From Callorhinchus milii (Eukaryota): a stretch of 64,000 nt of DNA. Under the pieces are notes generated by a model, which was not told the origin of the DNA, did not search any database, and worked only from the letters and a program-made list of their open reading frames with translations. Numbering within the stretch: the first letter of the stretch is position 1; the number at the start of each line of letters is the position of its first letter. Below, in pieces: positions 38,316 through 49,019 of this stretch. The stretch is from positions 22,136,001-22,200,000 of the forward strand of contig NW_024704742.1 in NCBI RefSeq assembly GCF_018977255.1. The letters run 5' to 3'. The position numbers and the translations under genes were made by a program.

Positions 38316-40257
38316 GTTTAAAATGGTCCTGACTGAATTATATACAGAGATTATCAATTTCAGCTACAGTATGTTCAAATACTAATGAGTTTGTACACAT
38401 TTGCATTAAGGAGAAAAGAGAAAATTGTTCCAGACTTTGAAACGCTAAATACATTTTTTTTTAATTTGACAACTCCATGGAAACATTCTCTCTCCAGGTT
38501 TCTAACTTTGCTAAACATCTTTCAGAAAGAAGGCTTTAACATCTGTCATTTTCTCAATCCTAATGTTAAAACCCAACATTTTAAGTCTAATATAGTAATA
38601 TGTTTTAAGTAAAAGTTCAAGCCTTCAGATAACTAAAATGAATTAATTATGCAGCATCAGAATTATTTTTTTTCTTTTACTACACAACTAATGGGTTGCC
38701 AAATTTTATTCTGTTGAATGAATTTTCAATTTTATAATGTCTGTCTGAATGAATCAACATTTCTTAAAATTGGAATTTTAAATATCATTAGCAGCAACGA
38801 TTCCTCAGATGAAAGTAAATTGCAAAGAAGAAGCTAATTTTATAAGCATTTCTCTTCTTTTGCGGTAATTATGAATGCTTTAACCTTTTAACTTAATTAC
38901 TCACTTACTAGTTAATTTTACTTCTCCAATTTCTTATATACATATTATGGCGTTCTCATGCTCTACTTCTCTATATTTTCCTGTTCTTTTTCATTTTCTA
39001 CCTAATACATTACTATCATCTATTTTCCACTTAATTCATTACTGCAACATGTTTCACCATTCTGTCTGTTATTTACAATTGTTTTTGCACTTAATGCAAA
39101 AAATAACAGGGCTCTGGATTGGAACACTTTTCTGATTTGCATCTTAACCATTTTCTGAACATCAGCATGGGTTGTGGGGAGTTTATAGCTCCTTCAATCC
39201 ATCTTTGGTGATCTTTGTGCTCCTATGGGTGTGAAAAATATTGGTAACTTCAGCATCAAACACTCTCAGATTAGGTAGACCGAAGTCAGATATAGATTAA
39301 AGCTCCCCCTTTAGTGCCTCAATTTGCATTTTAGAACAACCACATCTCTCACACCAGTCATCCTCGTCACCTATCAATTGACACTCCTGGAAGAGTAATT
39401 TGTGCCAAATGTTGGGTCATTTCAGTGGTGGATGAGCACCGACCAAGAATTGAGCTGAGATTATACAAGCAAAATTTCATGTAGGAACAGCACAGAATGA
39501 GGAAACGGTCCTCAATTTGAGCTAGATTCAAACTACTGTTTAAAAACAATGTGCGTAAGCCTCCATCAATATGCTTGAATTCCACGTTTAAAATCAGTAC
39601 ATTGCACACAGAAAACATTGCTTTAACACAAAACAATCTATACGGTCCCCACACTTTGCATGTACAGTTACTGTAATATCAGGCCTCCGGGGATTTAACT
39701 CAACTGATTTGGCAATGTCACCAGCGTCACATTTGTGGCAGCTAATTGATGAAAGCTTCAATAGCATCTGGAGAAGAAGAAATTGATCAGGGACAGTCAG
39801 CAAAGATTCATAAAGGGCAGATCATGCTCGACTAATCCAATTTATTTTTTTGAGATCATTGAGAGCGTAGATGAGGGAAATGTGGTGGATGTTATATATG
39901 GGCTTTTAGAAGGCCTTTGATGAGGTAATTTCATAAGAGATTAACATCAAAACTTGAGTCATAGTTCAAAAAGTGGTAGAGTGGCAAGAAGGATGGGATT
40001 GGGAACAAAATGTAGAGGGTAGGAATCAATGATTGTTTCTCATGCTTACAGAACATAACTAGTCATGCACCCCTGGGGTCTTTCTACAACTATTGTTTTT
40101 TTTAAACAATGTACATCAATCACTTGTGTGTGGACATATTGGAGGAGCTGTGTCTGGGTTTGCTGATCACACTAATTTTGGGGTATACAGGCACATTGGG
40201 AGAAGGACTGATTAAGACTTCAGGTCAAAATGAATAAACAATGAGCAGATACATTTA

Positions 40258-40455
40258 TAATAATAATCCTTGCATCTGATATAGCGCTTTTCACGTCTTC
40301 TAGACGTCCTAAAGCGCTTCACAGAATATACTGTAAAGTGAATTGACTGTATATTTGTGGGCGAACGCGGCAGCCAATTGCGCACAACAATGTCCCACAA
40401 ACAGTCATGGATTGAAAATGTCCAATTTTTTATTGTTTTGTTGGAGGGATTATTT
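40258..40455 (-). mobile_element. SINE 3' half
   Basis: Reverse complement is near-identical to 47055-47261. Confidence 0.88.
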
Positions 40456-40717
40456 AATGTGAAGTACAACATTTTTGGGAAAAGAATATGAAGTAGAAAT
40501 ATAATCTGAAGAGTAAAGAACTCGTTCGAATGGAGTAGCAGAAGGAGCTGGAGGTCAAGGCAAAAGTGGGACAGCAAGAACTAAAAGGTATCAGGAAGGC
40601 AAAGAGAATTGTTAGATTTATAAATCAGTGTATGCAATATAAAAGTTGGAAACCTATGATGAAAATGGATAGCACATGTAAAAATAATTCTTGAATTTGA
40701 CATAGTGCAAGATCCCA

Positions 40718-41124
40718 TTATTTGGATGTATCAAAGCACTTTACTAGATTATAGTGTAAGAAGTAGTTAGCCTGTGTATATTTTGTGGGTGGACATAGCA
40801 ACCAATTTGCACACAGCAATGTCTTACAAAAACCCAATAATGAATGACCAATTTTATTTTGGGGATTGGTGGCCAAGACACCAGGACAAAATTTGCTTCT
40901 CTTTTCAAATAGTGCTATGAGATCTTTAAACGTCAACTTGGACAGACAGATGGGACCCCAGTTTAATGTCTCAACCTAAGAACAGCACCTCCAACCATGC
41001 AGCACACCTCCAGCATGGCTCTGGCGAGTCAGATTAGACTATATGAGTTTCAAATTCCCATGTGGGGCTTGAACCCACAACCTACTGAATCAGAGAGTAC
41101 ACAACTAACTGAGCCAGGCCGACA
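40718..41124 (-). mobile_element. Older full-length Deu-domain SINE (SacSINE1/AmnSINE1-like)
   Basis: Minus strand has a tRNA-like head (ggctcagtt…gggttcaagcccc), then ggaggtgctgttcttaggttgagacattaaactggggtcccatctg…aaagatctcatagcactatttgaa…ttgctgtgtgcaaattgg, which matches the Deu-domain consensus as I recall it. Related pieces lie at about 20630-20900(+), 41295-41440(+), 58120-58400(-) and 19995-20220(-). Confidence 0.75.
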
Positions 41125-41494
41125 ACATTAATCAGGCCGCAGTGAGAATACTTTGTTCAGTTTTGGGCTCCCATTATAAAAATGATGTCATAGAGATGGA
41201 GAGAGTCAACACAAATTCACCAGTATAATACGAGGTATGGGACAATACACATATGAAGTGACGGTGGTTAAATTGGTTAAAGTTAGAAGAGCGAGTTCCA
41301 GCACCACATTGAGACTTATGCTTATAGTCTAATCCAGTGCAGTAAAAGAGGAATGCTACATCATCAGATGTTTCATCCTTTAAATGCGAAGTTAAACTCA
41401 GGTCCCATGTGCTGCTCAAGTGTACATTAAACATCTTGAGATGTATTTTAAAAAAACTTCTTATTAATTTAAACCCAGCTCTGCATAGTTACTA

Positions 41495-41660
41495 GGGTTT
41501 GCTGTCTCGCTAAGGAGAGAGTGCGTATTCCATTCCAGATACAGGGAAATTTCCATGTTTAGATTACATACATATGTGGAATTCTCGGTCTAGGTTGGAT
41601 ACTCCTAAGCATGGTGATGATTTTTTCACATGAATTAGACACCCGGCTGACCCTGAAAAA
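41495..41660 (-). repeat. Unclassified interspersed repeat, copy 3 (partial)
   Basis: Minus strand gtcagccgggtgtct…gtatccaacc…acatggaaatt…cactctctcctt…gagac matches 15130-15275. Confidence 0.7.
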
Positions 41661-43043
41661 GGTTGCCACTGTCATGTGCAATATGACACTGATGCTGACC
41701 TAATGGCCCACAAATTGACCAAGCTACCTTCCAATAATCATCAGATCGTCACCAAAACATTTTGCCTACAGTGTATCATCGAGATTTGCCCGTCTGTGTG
41801 CACGCACAGTGAATGTGAAATGACTGAACAGTGATTGTGCCCCGGATAGATGGAATTTTATAGACCGCAATCTCTGCATTATAACAGAGATCCACTGTAT
41901 TTAGCAGTCATTGTCTGATAGATTAATGCAACCTGAAATAAATAGGTTTTCAAATAGTGCAGTATTTACAAGAATGTTACAAATACTAACAATTGCATGT
42001 TTCTACCTTTCCGACACAGAGCTATTATGCTACAACTGGAGATTATTACCTAACCATTCGGCATAATATAGTTGATCTGATGCCAGATATTATTAAGGCA
42101 CATCTAAGAGAGAAATAAAATTTTTGAATCTGCATTACAAAGCAGCAAGTGTAAAATGAGGAGGAGAAAATGAAATTATATTTCTAACTTTCTCTTTGGC
42201 AAAATGCAAATAAACGTTTTGGTCTGAAATTTATGTAAATTGCATTCATCTATCAAATACAACTAAGGCAGCTACATTTAAAAAAAATTATACTGAAAAT
42301 CCCCAAATATTTTGCTTCCCAGTAATTGGACAGCATAATATTTGTCTCAACTGTTAAATAAATGTTCTAAACAACTAATAACTGGAAGAATTGCTGAAAC
42401 CTGCAAACTTGTTATATACATTGTATTATAATACTATGTATGGAATAATTATTTATCTTCCAAATATGAATTCAGTGATATCCAGTGATGAGTGTTTAAT
42501 GAACCTTATAAAAATAATCTTTGCAATGCACATTTCTGATGATAAACGAATCAAGTGATATCCCATCCAAAATAAAGATTTGTTAAATTGCTTTAAAGTA
42601 ATAAAAAAATTAAAACAATGAAAGAATTTAAAACTCTCAATACAATCGATTATTGAAAGGTAGTTCATTTCAGAATTATATTTCAGTCACTATTAAAAAA
42701 TTAAACAGACTTTTGGAAGACAATTATGTTGCCCATGTGCAAAAGTAAAAGTAATACCAGTACATCAATGATACCAAATTTATGTACAAGAAGGGGCCAA
42801 AGCTATAACATAGCAATAATACAAGGTAGGTGCAAAGTTTTGAAAAGCTTCATTTTATCCATTAATGCATTCAAGACAAATTCCAATTACTAAAAAATGG
42901 AAAGTAGAAATTAAAATTAGCAGCTTCCTTTGAATGACACTGAATAATTTAAGATAAAGAGGTTAAGAACCACATCACTAACCCCGATTTGTTTCAGATT
43001 TCAATTTGTAAAATGTGTTCTTGTAAAGGTAGTCAATACTTAC

Positions 43044-43082
43044 CAGAAAACTTCCAAAAGCAGAATTGAAAATAGCAGCTGC
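43044..43082 (-). CDS. SLC10A7: SLC10A7 (sodium/bile acid cotransporter family member 7) coding exon, 39 nt, exon 5 in human numbering
   Basis: Minus strand reads ttttacag|GCA GCT GCT ATT TTC AAT TCT GCT TTT GGA AGT TTT CTG|gtaagt = AAAIFNSAFGSFL, the recognised SLC10A7 peptide. Canonical AG/GT, phase 0-0. Confidence 0.96.
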
Positions 43083-46000
43083 CTGTAAAACAAAATATTA
43101 GTCTGAGTATTCTTATATATTTTTCGATTGAATAATATTTGCCACATTTCATTGTTATACAGTTAAACAGAGTGCTGTAAATGATTTCATCAGATTGAAC
43201 ACAACTCAGAAAGCACAAGTACACTGTAAGTATGTTCCGTTTGATAATGACAGTCATACAATAAGAACAAATGTATTACATAAACAGATTTTGGATCTTT
43301 CCAAGCAATGACAAACTTACCTAAAGGGACACCACTGGAGTTTAAAAATAAGTGCAGTCCCATTCCACTAAGATATATCTTACATCTTGAAAGGCAAAGC
43401 CAAATTGAGCAAAACAGGGTTGCAGTATGATCCTCTTTCATCTAAGAAGTGTACCATAAAAAATTCTGAAGATCTAGTTTGATTGCTTGAAACCAGAGGT
43501 ATAGCCTCCACTCCCAAAACATATAACACAGTACTGTTGCTTTGAAAACCATCATAGCCAAAACAGATAATAGGTACAGTAAACATGAATAAAGTCTAAA
43601 GCCATATTCAAAAGGCAAAACTCTATGCAAGTACTGCTACAAAAGAGCATTCGAGACTGAATGGATAATGATGTCCTTGGCTCCAGTGTTTAGCTTTCTT
43701 ATTCACGTTCATAATTAATTCAAGAACATTGATAATTTCATTAGATTGTTTTTCCAGACTTATCAATAAATGATGGGAATGGAGCACAGCTCCACTTTAA
43801 CCTGCCAACATAGAACCTCTGCTCACTGCTCACATAGTATGTTCCATCACAATGGGAAATTTCCAATGTCTAGAGTAAAGGAGTCAACAACTGTAATATG
43901 TTTCAGCATCTTGTGCGTGCCTTAAACGATCCCTCCATAAACCTTTTGTAAACTAGCCTCCTTTAAAATCAGTATGTACATTGGCATTATTGTACATCTT
44001 TCCAGAAACATTTTGATATGCACAGAATCATACCATTACTAATTCAGTTCCCCATGAAAAGTTCTGCACCTATTGTAGCAGCTGCTTCAACAGTACTGTA
44101 GTAGTACCTACTAACCAACCAGACCACATTTCACTAATTTCTGCTTTAAGCACCAGCAGCCAAAATATTTAAAATATTCCAACTGCATAAAATTATAGCT
44201 TACATATTATGATTTTAGCTCATCATTAGTCATCAATTTCTGGTATACACTTTCCAGAGATTTGTTTGTTATGAACAGATGCAAAATAGAAAACTATTTT
44301 ATTTTCATGATCAAACAATGGAATGTTTCCCTTTTCCTCCAAGTAGCCTACTGTCAATTCTTTTGTTGAGATATTATCAAATTTAAATTCAGTTTTGATT
44401 TCTGGATTGATATTAAAAACTTCCACAGGAATCAGTATGAAATTACAATATTTATGGTACTAAGTCCAATAGACTAGGAATCCTCATTGTCCATTTTATT
44501 TAAATATATACATTATACTGTTCAACCAATACTGTCTACACGCAGAACACTAGAAAATTTGAAAGCTCTTTGTGCTCCCTAATTGATCCCACCTCCTGCC
44601 AGCAGTTTTCCTTTGTTCAACTCTCCTCCCCTCTCCAAATGCATTCTGACCTTTGTCAGTACAGTTATAATAGGAAATCTCATTATAAAAGCCCACACTG
44701 CCAAAGGTTGATAATTAACCTACAAGCATAAAATATGCAAGTACCATAAAAGGTTGGTTAATTTACTAACAAAAGAGAATACCATTATTTTACAGTCTAC
44801 ATCTAGTATACTTACTCTACAGCATGTTATTATTACATCTGGTATATTGTTCTGCAGCATCTTATTTGCAAATATATTTTACCATGAAGAAAGTATATTG
44901 AACAGAAGACCTAGCCCACTTTAGCAAACAGCAGCAGTGAAGGACTTAGCTCGGAATAGCTTTGGAAGTGGCAGGATTCAAACGCAGAAAGGATTGGTGT
45001 CGATAGCTTAAGGTTGGTACTGTTAAATTACAAGTTTCAATATTGAGTCTGTATCCTCATAATTCAGTGACACCAATCCCAGAATAACAAGAAATTGAGC
45101 ATACTGAAATTCAGTTAGCACTAGATCCAGTGACCTTGAACTTTTTTTTCATTGGCCCAAAACTGGCCCTTTAGTTGAACATAAAAAAACTCTTGAATGA
45201 GTTGAAAATGGAGAGGCACATGGTCCAACCTAAAGATAAATTTGACAAGACTGTAACATTGGCATCTTGTATCATAATTAGGAAACATTACTTACGTTGT
45301 TAACTGAAAACAGAAGCATGTAAAGAAAAGCCTAGGAATTAACAAGCTTATGAAAACAAAATGCACACATTTAATTTACAAATAATAAGGGAAAAGGAGA
45401 ACATGATTCCAATTCATTATCAAGGCATGTGATTAGCTGCCACCACCAGCACAATGCAGCACTATCAAGATCACAATGTAGTTATTAGTACTCAAGTGAT
45501 TCCAACCATTTGAAAGGAAAGACTTAACCTGCATATGAATGCCAATTATTTTTTCCTACTGCCTCCAACGAAAATGCCACAATATCTATAATTTCATTTT
45601 GTTGTTCAAGAATTTTCAACAGATGCTTTGTGTTGAAAGAGAATATTTACGTTTTTTTTCTGGAAGGTGTCGTGTTGGTGCTTTCTCAGAGCTCTAACAG
45701 ATCTTCAAAAAGATCATATTGGGAGTTTGAACAAAGGCTCTGTATATTCCACCCCCAACACCCCACCCCCATATCCACACACGAATGACTAGCAAATTGT
45801 GAAATGATATCCTGTACTTATTATAAAAATGATGAAGTTGAGCAGAGAAATACTATCAGTAGCAGCTTGGTTCCAAGATACGATACTCTACATTGGGCTG
45901 AGACTCAGTGGGAATAAAGAGTTCTGTGTTGAGACAAAGCTCTTATAAGAGCAGCTGGTTCTAGCTACTCTGACCTTCCAACAGACTTTATGACTGAAAG

Positions 46001-46937
46001 CAGCAGTTGCTGAAATTAAAGAACATTTTTCACTTAAACAATAGAACAGGTTCCCCACCCTACCTGTCATCTAATCCATTACAATAGTTCCTTTGACTAG
46101 CTTTTTAACACCAAGCTATACTAGTCGGATATTAGCAACAGTTTTAAGAAGTCGTAATTTGATGATAATGCTGCTGAAGCCCATTCGTTAATGAGGGTCA
46201 ATTAATGATTTATTCTAACAACAAGGAAATGTTTATGCCACAAAAGGCCTATGGAATCTGATAAGTATTTCAACTAAATACGTCTTACATTTTTATTCCA
46301 AAATTCAGTTACATTCAAATTATCGCCTTAGAGAATTACATGGAAACTAGACCCTTACGCAGTTGTACATTGTTGTAATGCTATAAAATCCCAACAGTGA
46401 GGAGCAAGAGCAGTTTGACTGCATAGGCCCACAACCAGCAAACTCACTTCTAAGCTTTCGCCCACAAATATAGAGTCAATTCACTTTATAGTATATTCTG
46501 TGAAGCGCTTTGTGACGTCTTGAAGACGTGAAAAGCGCTATACCAAATGCAAGGATTATTATTATTATTAAACTAAAAGATNAAAAAAGTTAGAATTGAA
46601 TTTTCTTCCATTGTGAAGTGCATTATAATAGGGCTGCATCGTATTTTTTGTTCCAAAGTGTACTTTGAACGAATTAAAGATACAAATACAGAAATTACAT
46701 ACTCCATCAATAAAAAAGAAACGTTCGATAAAGATAGCTTGCAAAGGCACCCCCATTATTTTGGCCTAGAAGCAAATTGAACTTTTCTGTGGAAACCTGG
46801 TGAAACTTAACTTTTTGTAAAAAAAAAACTTCAGTCCATGTAAAGTCCTTCACAAATTAGAGGAAATAGTTCAAGTTCTAAGTAATATCTGTTAAATTGA
46901 ATCAAATCCTATTCTCCTAAGGATATTACATCTTTTT

Positions 46938-47261
46938 GGAGTCCTATAGCTCAGTGGTTAGAGCACTCGCTTTGCAAGTGAGAGACCTTAGTTCAATTCC
47001 AGGCAGGTCAGGGCGAAACCTTGGGCAAGTTTCCTTACTCCACACAGAGCCTAATAATAATCCCACCAAAACCAAAAACAATAATAAATTGGTCATTTTC
47101 AATCTACGACTGTTTGTGGGACATTGCTGTGCGCAATTGGCTGCCGCGTTCGCCCACAAATATACAGTCAATTCACTTTACAATGTGTTCTGTGAAGCAC
47201 TTTGGGATTTCCTCCTGACGTGAAAAGCGCTATATCAAAGGCAAGGATTATTATTATTATT
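46938..47261 (+). mobile_element. Full-length young tRNA-derived SINE, short variant: tRNA-Ala-like head, CORE-like stub, Deu-like segment, L2-type tail, (TTA)n
   Basis: A box tagctcagtgg, anticodon-like cttTGCaag, B box gttcaattcc. Then ccttgggcaagtttccttactcc, gggacattgctgtgcgcaattggctgccgcgtt and the tail aaagcgctatatcaaaggcaaggattattatt. Confidence 0.9.
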
Positions 47262-48865
47262 TTGTGGAAGTGGGTTTAATAAGAACTGTCTGCTGACATT
47301 GATGAATGGGAACACCACCACAAGTAAGATGTAAGCAACTCAGTATCTAACATACAGTATTTGTGGCTATATTTCACTTACGATCTGAAATAACTTGATC
47401 AACTCATATGGGACTTAATCATAAATTTAGATACTATGCATTATTTATGTGATTGTTATGCAGATGGCACTTTATAAGAAATCTTTTACATGTTGCATTT
47501 CTATATTTTGTTTGAGATGTGGCCTCCCACCCATCATTTTTTAATGGGTAAAATATTTACCTAAATGTATTTCTCTGAATTTCATTTATTGAGCTTTTGT
47601 TACATAGCAGTTACACTGCTGGCACATGGTGTGCAAGAATAAGTAGAACAAAGTGTTAGTAAAAGATTAACCAGAACCATTAATTAGCAGAAACTGTACA
47701 CTCATATTACATTATAGGGTGAATAATTTAAGATACACAACGAATCCTGTTAATAAATATACACTGATCTGAATAGTTGCTAGCCTGGATTAGGATGAAG
47801 AGCATATGTGTTGTCGTGGCGAGTGTAAGAGCATCACCAGCTGTCAGCAGATTCACTTTAACATTATTAAACACACATCAAAATTAACACAAGTCGTTTT
47901 GTTATTCTGAAAGGCATAGTTTGAGCAGGGAAATCTTTTGTTAGTCTGACATTTCAGATTATTGATAGGGAACCTTTGAGAAATAAATACGTTTTAGTTC
48001 GGATGAAATGGAATGCATTTGATATCAACAAAAGAGGAAAAGTGTTTCTCAATATTGTAACATTAACTCTATTCTAATGAGCGACAGTATTCAAATACTT
48101 AAGTTACAAGGACGAGAGTATGATTCTCACTGACACTTAAAATATATTTATTTTTGTTTCAAGGTGTACTGACCTGCCTTTTTTAAATAAATAAGATTTA
48201 TCAAAGATTTTTCCTGTTTCAATTTACATAAAAACAGTCCAAAGGAGTTGGTGCAAATAAAACCCACAGTCAACTTTTACATAATGTCTTGTTAAACAAG
48301 GTATGCCTAAATTCAGAATCCCTTGAGGTCAAAGCCACGAAATGGGGTCTAATATTCGCAATGTATAAATGTAAATGTGATATACTCTATGTGCAAATCA
48401 TGCTTAAAGGGGAACTACAGGAGCTTTTAATTAGGTAAATAACAATTTATACTGTATTTATATAGCACCTCTCACCTAAAAGGCTTTGAAATGCTTAATG
48501 AAAATAGAAAAAAAATGATGTTGAGTCTTGTAGGTAAACAATGAAAAGGATTTATCATTTAATTAGTAACTAATCATTTTCATTGTTGTTAATTACATAA
48601 TTTGGGTCTCTGGGATTATCATATTGAAAATCGGCCTGGATTTAAAGGTATCCATCATATTTGAAAAAGGGCCAAGGGAGATCTCAAAACCCAGTGAAAG
48701 ATGGTCCTCATTATTCTTATTTTAAACCTCATGTTATTGTGAGGGAGAGGCCACTAAGATGTTCTTCAGCATCCATCACTAAAGGGAACAGAGCAAGCCA
48801 AGCAATACTCAACAACTCCTAAGAAGCAGTGGAGGACTAGGAATAATGTTCCAGCCACTATCTCC

Positions 48866-48919
48866 ATTGTTCCTCTTTAGGTAGAGACTCCATGATATCT
48901 CTACCTAAAGAGGAACAAT
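48866..48919. repeat. Perfect hairpin: 22-bp stem, 10-nt loop
   Basis: ATTGTTCCTCTTTAGGTAGAGA-ctccatgata-TCTCTACCTAAAGAGGAACAAT. Confidence 0.95.
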
Positions 48920-49019
48920 TTTCCTCCTTGTCCACAGAAATTGAATAAAGATCTAACTCCGTAGACTGAAGGTATAAGTACGATACCCTGGCAAAGAAAG
49001 GTGATGCCTCAAGTAACTT

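Larger units (their letters stand above)
39820..41240 (+). mobile_element. Old CR1 RT remnant interrupted by two SINEs
   Basis: Degenerate segments resembling GRSCxTN…FFE…VDEGNVVDVIY…AFD (39820-39930), RKA…QYKS (40590-40650) and RP…EYFVQFWAP (41130-41175). Confidence 0.7.
9856..43043 (-). other. SLC10A7: SLC10A7 intron (33,188 bp) between the 39-nt and 36-nt exons
   Basis: Bounded by GT at 43043 and AG at 9856. The peptides of the flanking exons join contiguously (…GSFL|GIII…). Confidence 0.9.

Noticed and set aside
46938..47010. tRNA-Ala(TGC) gene (also at 29805-29877, 35113, 56049, 62990)
   Set aside because: A and B boxes and an anticodon-like loop are present, but each copy runs into SINE body sequence and the acceptor stem is not properly paired. 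These are SINE heads.
47382..47384. 3-nt microexon (atttcag|ATC|gtaagt on minus)
   Set aside because: The pyrimidine tract is weak with a nearby upstream AG. It mainly shows that such patterns can occur by chance.
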